Assembly: GCA_035629395.1 (NCBI GenBank)
Contig: DASPHZ010000030.1
Location: 25,440 to 89,439 of the forward strand
Direction of reading: 5' to 3'
Length of the DNA: 64,000 bases
From: Thermoanaerobaculia bacterium
GTDB taxonomy: Bacteria; Acidobacteriota; Thermoanaerobaculia; Gp7-AA8
The notes under the pieces are model-generated. The model saw nothing but the letters and a program-made list of their open reading frames with translations. It searched no databases and had not been told where the DNA came from. Positions 55,508 through 64,000 of the stretch are shown piece after piece. A program made the translations under genes and the position numbers. Position 1 is the stretch's first letter. Each line of letters begins with the position of its first letter.

Positions 55508-56082
55508 TTGCTGAACCGCGATCCCGGCGCGTCGAGTGCGATGCCCTGCGCGCACGAGGGGCACGCGCTTTCTTCGTAGGTTTCGAGCGACAGCGCGAGC
55601 AGCGACTCGTAAGGCGCGTCGAACGGATTCTCTTTGCCGCTGCGATTGAGGATGGATGCGAATCCCGCGACCACGCCGCCATGCTGCGCGATGACGTCCG
55701 CGGTCTCGCGCGTCGACTTGCCCGTGGTCACGACGTCTTCGACGATCACCACGCGCTCCCCTTCGCGCAGACGGAAGCCGCGGCGCAGCGTCATCTGTCC
55801 CTCTTTGCGCTCCGTGAACACGAACGGCACGTTCAGAGCCTCGGCCACGGTGTAGCCGATGATCACGCCACCCAACGCGGGCGCGACGACTTTGTCGACT
55901 TTGGCGATGCGCGCGGCCAGCGCTTCGCCGATCGCTTTCGCGTGGTGCGGACGCTCGAGCAGCAGCGCGCACTGCACGTAATTCGGACTGTGCAGCCCGG
56001 AGGAGAGGCGGAAATGACCGGTGAGGAGCGCACCCGTCTCGGCGAGCAGCGCGCGAAGGTCCAGCGACGTTGATGGCGTCAT
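55504..56082 (-). CDS. pyrE: Orotate phosphoribosyltransferase
   Basis: PRPP-binding motif VVIVEDVVTTGKST. Confidence 0.85.
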   Translation of the reverse strand: MTPSTSLDLRALLAETGALLTGHFRLSSGLHSPNYVQCALLLERPHHAKAIGEALAARIAKVDKVVAPALGGVIIGYTVAEALNVPFVFTERKEGQMTLRRGFRLREGERVVIVEDVVTTGKSTRETADVIAQHGGVVAGFASILNRSGKENPFDAPYESLLALSLETYEESACPSCAQGIALDAPGSRFSK

Positions 56083-56120
56083 GGGCGGGCGAGAATAGAA
56101 TGCGCGCCGAGGAGAACGCA

Positions 56121-56567
56121 ATGGCTGGACTGACGGAACAGGTGCGCGCGGACATGACCGCGGCGATGAAAGCGCAGGAGAAAGACCGCCTCTCCACGCT
56201 GCGCATGCTGCAGTCGGCGCTCAAGAACGAACAGATCAACGTCGGGCACGAGCTGTCCGACGAAGAGGCGATGACGGTCATCCGCAAAGCCGTGAAGCAG
56301 CGGCTGGACTCGATCGAGCAGTACGTGAACGCCGGCCGCAACGAGCTCGCCGACAAAGAGCGCGCGGAGATGGCCATCCTGCAGACGTACCTGCCGCCGG
56401 AACTGTCGGCCGAAGAGCTGGAGAGCGGGCTGCGCGAGATCATCGCCTTCACCGGCGCCGCGTCGAAGAAGGACATGGGGAAGGTGATGAAGGAAGCGAC
56501 CGCGCGCTTCAAGGGGCGCGTCGACGGGAAGAAGGTTCAGGAGGCGGTGTCACGTCTCCTTCCCTGA
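56121..56567 (+). CDS. GatB/YqeY domain protein
   Basis: Typical length and sequence of YqeY family. Confidence 0.7.
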   Translation: MAGLTEQVRADMTAAMKAQEKDRLSTLRMLQSALKNEQINVGHELSDEEAMTVIRKAVKQRLDSIEQYVNAGRNELADKERAEMAILQTYLPPELSAEELESGLREIIAFTGAASKKDMGKVMKEATARFKGRVDGKKVQEAVSRLLP

Positions 56568-57649
56568 ACCGTTACCAGCGGCAGATCACGCTGCCGGAGC
56601 TCGGCACTGCCGGTCAGGAGAAACTCGGCCGGGCGTCGGTGCTCGTCATCGGCGCGGGCGGCCTCGGCAGTCCGACGTCGATCTATCTCGCCGCCGCGGG
56701 CGTGGGGCGCATCGGCCTCGTCGACTTCGACCGCGTCGACGAAACGAATCTGCACCGGCAGATCCTCTACGGCACATCGGACGTCGGCCGCCCGAAGCTC
56801 GAAGCGGCGAGCGAGCGTCTGCGCGATCTGAATCCCGACATCACCATCGAGACGCACGAGGAGCGTCTCACCTCGCACAACGCGCTCGAGATCCTCGGCA
56901 ACTACGACGTCATCATCGACGGCACGGACAACTTCGCCGCCCGCTATCTCACGAACGACGCCTCTCTGCTCCTCGGCAAGCCGAACGTCTACGGCTCGAT
57001 CTTCCGTTTCGACGGACAGGTCTCCGTGTTCGCCACGCCCGGGGGACCGTGCTATCGCTGCCTCTATCCCGAACCGCCGCCCGCGCACCTCGTGCCATCG
57101 TGCGCCGAGGGAGGTGTGCTCGGCGTGCTGCCGGGCGTGGTCGGGACGTTGCAGGCCATCGAGGCGATCAAGCTCATCACCGGCATCGGCGAGACACTCG
57201 CCGGACGGCTGTTGCTCTTCGACGCGCTGCGCACGACGTTCCGTACGATGCGTCTGCACAAACGCTGCGACGAGCACGCGCCCGTCACGAAACTCATTGA
57301 TTACGAGGAGTTCTGCAATCCCGTGCAAACCACCGACATCACCCCGCAGGAACTGTCCCAACGCCTTCAGAACGGCGAGGAGCTCGTGCTCATCGACGTC
57401 CGCGAACCATACGAATGGGACGCCGGCCACCTCGAGCAGGCGACGCACATCCCATTAGCGCAAGTACCGCAACGGCTCGCCGAGATTCCGAAGGAGAAGG
57501 AGATCGTGATGATCTGCCGCTCCGGCGGACGCAGCGGCCGCGCGCAGGAGTTCCTCATGAACCAGCACGGGTACACGCGCGTGAAGAATCTGGTCGGGGG
57601 GATGCAGCGGTGGGCTCGGGATGTGGATTCAGGCGTGAAGGTGGTCTGA
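56564..57649 (+). CDS. MoeB/ThiF-type E1-like adenylyltransferase with C-terminal rhodanese domain (MoeZ-type); start codon unresolved
   Basis: RYQRQITLPELGTAGQEKL...VLVIGAGGLGSP, CxxC pairs, rhodanese Cys loop MICRSGGRS. No in-frame ATG/GTG between the upstream stop and the Rossmann motif. Confidence 0.75.
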   Translation: MNRYQRQITLPELGTAGQEKLGRASVLVIGAGGLGSPTSIYLAAAGVGRIGLVDFDRVDETNLHRQILYGTSDVGRPKLEAASERLRDLNPDITIETHEERLTSHNALEILGNYDVIIDGTDNFAARYLTNDASLLLGKPNVYGSIFRFDGQVSVFATPGGPCYRCLYPEPPPAHLVPSCAEGGVLGVLPGVVGTLQAIEAIKLITGIGETLAGRLLLFDALRTTFRTMRLHKRCDEHAPVTKLIDYEEFCNPVQTTDITPQELSQRLQNGEELVLIDVREPYEWDAGHLEQATHIPLAQVPQRLAEIPKEKEIVMICRSGGRSGRAQEFLMNQHGYTRVKNLVGGMQRWARDVDSGVKVV

Positions 57650-57749
57650 GCCGTTCCGCTTCCGGGTCCACCTGCCCAGCCTGTGGCACGTCCGGCGTAC
57701 GTGCGCCGGGAGATTCCGCGTCTGCGCGCGGGATGAACTTCAAGACACG

Positions 57750-58256
57750 CTAGTCGCGCTTCCGCACCAGGACGGGCAACTGGAACTCGGGCTGCTTCTT
57801 CGCGAAGAGCACCACGATCGATTTTCCGCTCGACGGACCGTCGACCGCGCCGTCGATGATCGCGATGCCGCAGTCCTCGTACATGGCCGAGAGGATGTTC
57901 GCGCGGTGGCCCGGCGATTCCATCCACGACGTCACCAGGAGTCGCGCGGTCTCGAAACCCGTGGCGAGATTCTCGCCGGCGGCCTTGAAGTCGTAGTTGC
58001 GGAGGCGCACCCAGACGAACGGCGTGACACCGTCGGGAGACGTGTGACTCCAGTACGCCTCGTCTTCCATGTGCTTCATGCGATCGGCGGCGGCCTTCAT
58101 CAGGCGCTCGTCCGCCTGCAGCGGCGGCAGCCCGTGCTCGGCGCGATGCGCGTTCATCTGCGCGATCACGTTCTCGGTGGTGATCTCGTTCGACGGCTCG
58201 CCGGCGTATGCGGCGACGGCAGAGAGCAGGAGCGCTGCGAAGACGATCTTTCTCAT
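57750..58256 (-). CDS. Secreted CAP (SCP/PR-1-like) domain protein
   Basis: Signal peptide; HRAEHGLPPL...GENLA...SWMESPGHRANIL motifs. Confidence 0.75.
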   Translation of the reverse strand: MRKIVFAALLLSAVAAYAGEPSNEITTENVIAQMNAHRAEHGLPPLQADERLMKAAADRMKHMEDEAYWSHTSPDGVTPFVWVRLRNYDFKAAGENLATGFETARLLVTSWMESPGHRANILSAMYEDCGIAIIDGAVDGPSSGKSIVVLFAKKQPEFQLPVLVRKRD

Positions 58257-58260
58257 GGGA

Positions 58261-59457
58261 TTAGCGGACGCCGTCCGGCCGCACGCGCAGGAAGAACGTG
58301 CATGCCTTACCGGTCTTCGATTCGACCCACACAGAACCGCTGTGCGCGACCGCGAATTCGCGGCACTTGAACAACCCGCGGCCCGCCCGGTCGGGCGAGG
58401 CCGGATTCCACGCGAACGAAGGCTCGAAGATCGCCTGCCGCATCGACTCGGGGACGACGGGGCCGTTGTCCATCACGAAGAACAGCAGCAGCGGCTTCCC
58501 CTTGTGCTCCATCCAGCGGACGCCGAGGACGACCTGGCCGCCGCCGGGGACGTAGTGCAGCGCGTTCTCCATCAGGATCGCCAGCGCGTCGCCGAGCTGC
58601 TCGTGATCGACGAAACGCTCTTCGAGATCCTGCGCGTCGACGTCGAGGCGGATGCCTTTGAGGTCCGCGTACGCGCGGAAGCGCTCGGCCGTGCGGCGGA
58701 TCACGTCCGTCACCGTCGGCACCGGCCGCGCGGCGAACGACGGCTCCTCCACTTCCGGCGCCATCTCGAGCGACGACAGCACCTGGTCGATGCCCGCGGC
58801 CGAATCGGCGAGGAAGTGATCGTGATGCGTTTGCGACGCGGCCTGCAGCGACTCGCGAATCGCGCGAAGCGGGCCGAAGACCGTTTCGCGGACATACGTG
58901 ACGAACGAGGCGTGCGCTTCGTTCATTGGATCGGCGTGGCGGAAGATCAGGACCGCACCGCTGGCGCCGCCCGACATCGGCACGAGTGTGTAGATGAAGT
59001 TGCGGCTGCCGATGCGCACGCCGCTCGACGACGGCACCGAGAGATCGTTCACGCGGATGCCCGCTTTCGCTTCGATGGCGGCGATGTTCGCGAGCTCGGA
59101 CTGGGTGCCGTCGAACAGCTTCTTCGCCTCGTCGGAGACGAACTTCACGCTGCGATCGGGGCCGACCATGACGGACGGCACGCCCGCGGCGACGAGCAGA
59201 TTGACGACGCTGGTGATGGCGGGAGATGCGGATTCGACGGGGAACGTGAGCACAGGGGCTTTGGGGAACGGGTCTTCTTGGGGCTGCGGTGCGGTGGCGG
59301 CGGCGTTGTGGCGGCCGGAGTCCGACGTGACGCGCGGCGCGGGCGAAGCCTGCTGCTGCGCGAGGTCGGGGGTCGATTTGCGGCGCGGCTTGTCGCACTT
59401 TTCACAGAGGATTCCCTCCGTGACTTCGCGACCACACATGAAGCATTTGCGCGCCAT
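58261..59457 (-). CDS. Cytoplasmic histidine-kinase-like ATPase (HATPase_c) protein with N-terminal zinc ribbon
   Basis: CFMCG...CEKC ribbon; N, G1, G2 boxes (LMENALHY, DNG, GRGLF). Confidence 0.65.
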   Translation of the reverse strand: MARKCFMCGREVTEGILCEKCDKPRRKSTPDLAQQQASPAPRVTSDSGRHNAAATAPQPQEDPFPKAPVLTFPVESASPAITSVVNLLVAAGVPSVMVGPDRSVKFVSDEAKKLFDGTQSELANIAAIEAKAGIRVNDLSVPSSSGVRIGSRNFIYTLVPMSGGASGAVLIFRHADPMNEAHASFVTYVRETVFGPLRAIRESLQAASQTHHDHFLADSAAGIDQVLSSLEMAPEVEEPSFAARPVPTVTDVIRRTAERFRAYADLKGIRLDVDAQDLEERFVDHEQLGDALAILMENALHYVPGGGQVVLGVRWMEHKGKPLLLFFVMDNGPVVPESMRQAIFEPSFAWNPASPDRAGRGLFKCREFAVAHSGSVWVESKTGKACTFFLRVRPDGVR

Positions 59458-59536
59458 ATCCGGGCTCCGAAAGGATTTGATCTTACGTCAGGTGAGATAG
59501 AGTCTGCCCGATTTTGCAGATCAGGAGCGAAACCGA

Positions 59537-60385
59537 ATGAAAAACATCGTCGTCATCGGCGGCGGCACCATGGGCAACGGCATCGCCCACACGGCCGCCG
59601 CGAGCGGGTTCGACGTGATGCTCGTCGACGTCAACGAAGCGATCCTCCAGCGCGCGGTCTCCACCATCACCGCGAACCTGCAGCGCGGCGTCGACAAGGG
59701 AAAGATGACGGCCGAGGAGCGCGATGCGGTCGTCGGACGGATCAAGCCCGTTACGAGCATGGATGCGATCGCCGAGGCGGACATCGTCATCGAGGCGATC
59801 ATCGAGAACCTCGAAGCGAAGACGCAGCTCTTCGCGAAGCTCGATCAGGTCACGAAACCGGAGTGCATCCTCGCGTCGAACACGTCTTCGATCTCCATTA
59901 CGAAGATCGCGGCGGCCACGCAGCGTCCGGACAAAGTCATCGGCATGCACTTCATGAATCCAGTGCCGGTGATGACGCTCGTCGAAGTCATTCGCGGCAT
60001 CGCCACGGGCGACGACACGTGGATGAAAGTCGAGAACCTCGCCAAGCGCATGGGCAAGACGCCCATCGAGGTGAACGACTATCCCGGCTTCATCTCCAAT
60101 CGCGTGCTGATGCCGATGATCAACGAGGCGATCTTCGCGCTGTACGAAGGTGTGGCCACGCGCGAGTCGATCGACGGCGTGATGAAGCTGGGGATGAATC
60201 ACCCGATGGGACCGCTCACACTGGCGGATTTCATCGGTCTCGACGTCTGCCTGGCGATCCTGCGCGTGCTCGAGCAGGGATTCGGCGATCCGAAATACCG
60301 GCCGTGTCCGCTGCTCGTGAAAATGGTCGACGCCGGATGGCTCGGCCGCAAGTCGGGACGAGGCTTTTACGACTATCGGAAGTGA
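59537..60385 (+). CDS. hbd: 3-hydroxybutyryl-CoA / 3-hydroxyacyl-CoA dehydrogenase
   Basis: NAD motif VIGGGTMGNGIA; 3HCDH_N and 3HCDH C-terminal domains. Confidence 0.85.
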   Translation: MKNIVVIGGGTMGNGIAHTAAASGFDVMLVDVNEAILQRAVSTITANLQRGVDKGKMTAEERDAVVGRIKPVTSMDAIAEADIVIEAIIENLEAKTQLFAKLDQVTKPECILASNTSSISITKIAAATQRPDKVIGMHFMNPVPVMTLVEVIRGIATGDDTWMKVENLAKRMGKTPIEVNDYPGFISNRVLMPMINEAIFALYEGVATRESIDGVMKLGMNHPMGPLTLADFIGLDVCLAILRVLEQGFGDPKYRPCPLLVKMVDAGWLGRKSGRGFYDYRK

Positions 60386-60443
60386 CGCCAGTTCCGCGGG
60401 ATGACACCCCGCGGAAATGCTGTTCTAATCCGCCGAAACCAAC

Positions 60444-62297
60444 ATGCTTTGTCAGACCTGCAGCGCGTACAACGATGACGAGCGCGAGTTCTGCTTTCGC
60501 TGCCAGAACAAGCTCCTCGTCCTCTCCGGCGTCAACTCGTTCGAGGAAGACGACCTCGAGGAATACGAGGAAGAAGAAGATCTCTCGTTAGACGAGCATC
60601 TGCTCGAGCGCGTCTCCGCGATCGAAGAGATCGTGAAGCGCTCCGCCGAGACCATTCGCTCCCTCGTCGACGCCGTGCAGAAGCACGAGCGCGCGATCTT
60701 CATCAATCAAACCGGTCTGCTCTCGGTCAAAGAGCTGCTCGAGAAGAAGAACGTTCTCACCTCGGACGAAGTCGTCGAGCTGTGGGAATCGAAGATGGGC
60801 GAGCAGATGCTCGCGCTCGAAAAGAAGCAGCGCTTCACCGAGCGCAAGGACCGCATGGTCTCGCTCTTCCGCGGCGACAAACGCGAGCGCTTCCTGCTGC
60901 TCGTCGCCGACTCGGAGGCGGCGTTCGACGGCTTCGATCCCGATCGCGGGATGAAGCATCTCGAAGAAGCGTTCCGCCTCGATCGCGACAATTACGAGCT
61001 CTCGTTCTTCCTCGGCGAGATGTTCTTCAACGACGGCAATCTCGACCGGGCGAAGTCGTATCTCGAGCGCACGCTCGAAGTGCAGCCCGATCATTTCGAC
61101 GCCGCCGTGTTCTACGGCGTGCTGCTGCACGAGCGTCAGGATCTCAAGGGCGCGGAGCGCTGGCTCCGCCGCGCCATCCAGATCTCTCAGGAATCGTTCC
61201 TCCCTTACTTCTCCCTCGGCGCGATTTACGCGCGCAAAGGGAAGCTGCTGCGCGCGCAGAAGTTCCTCGAGAAAGCGATCCAGCTCGAGGCCATCCCGCA
61301 GGCCTACTTCCTCCTCGGAACGATCTTCTACGAGAAGGGGCAGCTCGAACGCGCCATCCGCTCGTTCCAGGCCGCGCTGAAGCTCGATCCCGATTACGAA
61401 GAGGCGATCTATCACCTCGGCCTCTGCTACCTCGACCGCAACTGGAACCGCAAAGCGATCGATTGCTTCCAGGAGGCGCTGGAGCTCAATCCGAACAAGA
61501 TGGAGTACCAGCAGGCGGTCAAGATCTACGAGGGGATCTCCGGCCACATGCCGGTCGAAGGTCCGGCCGCGCAGGTCGTCAGTGAAGCCGACACGCTGGC
61601 CTCTGAAGGCAAGTACTCCGAGGCGCTGGATCACTACCGCCGGGCGGCGGAAGAGGAGCCGGACAACGTCAACATCCTCCTCCCCTACGCGCTGCTCTGC
61701 TCGCACCTCGACATGAACGGCGAAGCGATCGCGGTCGCTCGCCGCATCCTCAAGCATCGTCCGGCGGAGGTCGTCGCCGCGGCCGCGTACACGACGCTCG
61801 TCGAAGCGTTGCGCGCCGAGGGGAACTTCAAGGAAGCGAACCGCGCGCTCGAAGAGATGCTGCGCGACTACACCTCGAATTACGCGAAATCGATCGCGTA
61901 CTTCGAGAAGGCGTACACGCTCGCCGACATGGAAGAGAACCTCGACGAGGCCCTCGAATCCGCGCAACTCGCACTGCGCTACTCACCGAAAGAGCTCAAG
62001 CAGTTCCCGCTCGCGGCATTAGGCTGGGTGTACTTCAAACGCCGCGATTTCAAATCAGCCGTCGACTTTCTGACCAAGTCCGCCGACCTCGGCCCCACCG
62101 CCACAAACCTCATGCACCTCGGCATGGCCCTCCTGGAAAGCGGCGACAAAGACCGCGCCCGCCAGGTCTTCCGCCGCGCGAAGACGTTCAAGACGAAGGG
62201 CGCGGGCCTCGAGGAAAAGATCCTCGAACAGGTGCGCACAGCGACCAAGCTGATCGACCGGTTGCACGCGCGCCGGCGGAAGGTGGCGAAGGGGTGA
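60444..62297 (+). CDS. TPR-repeat protein with N-terminal zinc ribbon
   Basis: CQTCSAYN...CFRCQ; multiple TPR units through the C-terminal two thirds. Confidence 0.7.
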   Translation: MLCQTCSAYNDDEREFCFRCQNKLLVLSGVNSFEEDDLEEYEEEEDLSLDEHLLERVSAIEEIVKRSAETIRSLVDAVQKHERAIFINQTGLLSVKELLEKKNVLTSDEVVELWESKMGEQMLALEKKQRFTERKDRMVSLFRGDKRERFLLLVADSEAAFDGFDPDRGMKHLEEAFRLDRDNYELSFFLGEMFFNDGNLDRAKSYLERTLEVQPDHFDAAVFYGVLLHERQDLKGAERWLRRAIQISQESFLPYFSLGAIYARKGKLLRAQKFLEKAIQLEAIPQAYFLLGTIFYEKGQLERAIRSFQAALKLDPDYEEAIYHLGLCYLDRNWNRKAIDCFQEALELNPNKMEYQQAVKIYEGISGHMPVEGPAAQVVSEADTLASEGKYSEALDHYRRAAEEEPDNVNILLPYALLCSHLDMNGEAIAVARRILKHRPAEVVAAAAYTTLVEALRAEGNFKEANRALEEMLRDYTSNYAKSIAYFEKAYTLADMEENLDEALESAQLALRYSPKELKQFPLAALGWVYFKRRDFKSAVDFLTKSADLGPTATNLMHLGMALLESGDKDRARQVFRRAKTFKTKGAGLEEKILEQVRTATKLIDRLHARRRKVAKG

Positions 62298-62760
62298 CCA
62301 GCTGGTGGTGAGCTGTTGAGCGATCAAGCTGTTGAGCTGTTGCGGCCATCCGCCGCTCGAGGGAGCGTTAGAGCTGTAGAGCGATAAAGCTATAGAGGGG
62401 CCACTACCGCTTTACAGCTTTACGACTCTATCACTCTACAGCTTCCTCCCCCGGCCTCAACTCCTGCGGCCATCCGCCGCTCAGCTCAACAGCTGTGGGG
62501 GAGCGGTAGAGCTGTAGAGCGATAAGCTATAGAGGGGCTGCTACCCCCTTTACAGCTTTACAGCTCTATCACTCTACAGCTCCCTCCCCGCCCTCACTCC
62601 TGCGACCATCCGCCGCTCAGCTCAATAGCTTAACGGCTCAACAGCTCAATAGCTCTGTGGGGGGAGCTATCGCGGGGCTACCCCTTTACAGCTTTACAGC
62701 TCTACCACTTTCCAGCTCCCATCACTCTACAGCTCCGCCCCTCACTCCCCCGTCTGCCGC
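62298..62760. repeat. Composite repeat array: about 125-135-bp unit in 3 tandem copies (third degenerate), flanked/interspersed with CTGTTGAG/CTCAATAG-family arms
   Basis: ccatccgccgctc recurs at 62346, 62470, 62606; each unit contains tagagctgtagagcgata(a)agctatagagggg...ctttacagctttac(g/a)(a/g)ctctatcactctacagct. Also gagctgttgagcgatcaagctgttgagctgttg at 62304 and cagctcaatagcttaacggctcaacagctcaatagctc at 62618. Confidence 0.85.
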
Positions 62761-62988
62761 TCCCGCTCCTCGCGCTGCGCGCGTTCGTGCACGCGGGGGG
62801 ACACTTCGTCGCCCGCTTCCTCGCGCACGGCGGGTATCTGCGCTGCCGGATCCTCTCCCGGTTCGGGTTGGGCGGGGCGGTTCTCGTTGTGGATGATGCG
62901 CTTCTCGGTCATGGCACCGATGAGGTGCGACGAGAATGCCACTCCGTGATCATCCGTACACGGTGAAGAGTGGTGCGCGCGTGAGCGA

Positions 62989-64000
62989 TCACGCGCGCGT
63001 CAGCTTCGCGAACTTGGCCACGAACTTTTTCGAGCCGAAGCGTTCGAAGTACACCGTCAGCTTCGCGTCCGGACCGCTGCCTTCCATCGTCAGGATCGTC
63101 CCGACGCCGAACTGCTCGTGCTTCACGCGCTGGCCGCGCTTCAGATCGGCCGCCCCCGACGCTGCTTCCGGCGCCTGCGATTTCGCGGCGCGGATGGCAT
63201 TGGGATCGAACTGCACCGGCGCGTTCTGGAAGAACGACAGCACTCCGTTGACCGAGTTGTTCTTCGGCGGCGGCGGTGCAGCAGGACGCGAGGGCGGCGG
63301 CATCGACGGCCGCCGTTGCGGCAGCGGCTGCTCGCGCCAGTTGTTCTGCGGCGCCGAGTACGCCCGCGCCAGGCGCAGCGGCTCTTTCGCTTCCTCCGGG
63401 ATCTCCTCGAGGAACGGCGACGCGCTCTGCTCGCGGAACTTCCCATGCACGCGGCGCTCGTACGCGTGCGTGCAGAACAGCAGCTCCCGCGCCCGCGTCA
63501 TGCCGACGTAGCAGAGACGCCGCTCCTCCTCGAGATCCTCGCTGTGCTCGGCCGAATTCGCGTGCGGAAGAATCCCCTCTTCCATCCCGGCCAGAAAGAC
63601 CACCTTGTACTCGAGCCCCTTCGCCGAGTGCAGCGTCATGAGCGTGACACCCTTCTGCGACTCGTAGCGATCGAGATCCGAGATCAGCGTGAGTGAATCG
63701 AGATAGTCGGCGAGCGTCGACTGCGGATTCTGCTCCGTATAGTCACGCGCGGAGTTGAGCAGTTCTTCGAGATTTTCCAGGCGCGACTCGTCCTGCAGAT
63801 CGCGCGACTCCTGCAGCATGCGCCGGTAGCCGGTGCGCAGGAGCACGTAGTCGACGAACTCCGGGATCGGATTCGTCGAGGCACGCTGCAGGTCGTGGAT
63901 GATCTCGCGGAACTCCTTCACCGCCTTCGCGGCGCGCGCGGGCAGGAACGACAGATCGCCTTCGATGATCGTCCACAGCGACACGTTCTGCGCCGCGGCC
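62989..64000 (-). CDS. UvrD/PcrA/Rep-family DNA helicase (C-terminal part; gene continues beyond window end)
   Basis: Helicase motifs V-VI (VTLMTLHSAKGLEYKVVFLAGMEEGILPH...YVGMTRARELL) and C-terminal Tudor-like tail (GQRVKHEQFGVGTI). Confidence 0.85.
   Translation of the reverse strand, partial: AAAQNVSLWTIIEGDLSFLPARAAKAVKEFREIIHDLQRASTNPIPEFVDYVLLRTGYRRMLQESRDLQDESRLENLEELLNSARDYTEQNPQSTLADYLDSLTLISDLDRYESQKGVTLMTLHSAKGLEYKVVFLAGMEEGILPHANSAEHSEDLEEERRLCYVGMTRARELLFCTHAYERRVHGKFREQSASPFLEEIPEEAKEPLRLARAYSAPQNNWREQPLPQRRPSMPPPSRPAAPPPPKNNSVNGVLSFFQNAPVQFDPNAIRAAKSQAPEAASGAADLKRGQRVKHEQFGVGTILTMEGSGPDAKLTVYFERFGSKKFVAKFAKLTRA

Noticed and set aside
62742-62942. 66-aa ORF on - strand downstream of the helicase gene
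   Set aside because: No motif, overlaps the repeat array edge; cannot be supported.

Overview
This is a very GC-rich bacterial chromosomal segment (by eye about two-thirds to 70% G+C; not computed). Strong third-position GC bias separates real frames from the many Arg/Ala/Pro-rich antisense ORFs in the six-frame track. I can support about 70 protein-coding genes and found no rRNA, tRNA, CRISPR array, transposase or integrase.

Gene content is mostly housekeeping and envelope or signalling functions:
- **Core metabolism and translation:** eno, fabI, gltX, pyrE, folE, hbd, lepB.
- **Iron:** bfd-bfr, fur, FTR1 permease.
- **Periplasmic redox:** a PaoABC-like Tat-exported molybdo-flavo-iron-sulfur aldehyde oxidoreductase and a Tat-exported flavin amine oxidase.
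- **Envelope:** pspA operon, Wzm/Wzt ABC-2 exporter, L,D-transpeptidase, SPFH/stomatin, three pseudopilin genes.
- **Signalling:** Ser/Thr kinase with TPR tail, FHA protein, membrane PP2C phosphatase, GGDEF cyclase, HATPase_c protein, MarR.

Most notable:
1. One uninterrupted 2403-codon ORF fuses a TamB/AsmA-like inner-membrane-anchored periplasm-spanning module to a C-terminal POTRA + Omp85 beta-barrel (TamA/BamA-like) module. These are normally two separate proteins.
2. A translationally coupled operon encodes a membrane coiled-coil protein and a classic-clade AAA ATPase with a long unknown N-terminal domain. It lies 3.7 kb from the pspA operon.
3. A pervasive family of intergenic hairpin repeats has arms built from tandem 7-9-nt units, the right arm being the reverse-complement unit. 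Different loci use different units (CTGTTGAG/CTCAATAG, GGTTGTC/GACAACC, GGTTGCT/AGCAACC, GAGGGCC/GGCCCTC). It includes a ~470-bp composite array with a ~130-bp unit in three tandem copies.
4. A GC-rich palindrome TTGAGACGC-N-GTCTCA lies immediately upstream of both fur and bfd-bfr, a candidate lineage-specific iron operator.

Taxonomic origin is not asserted. The kinase/FHA/PP2C/TPR/zinc-ribbon style would fit Acidobacteriota, Gemmatimonadota or Myxococcota-like lineages.
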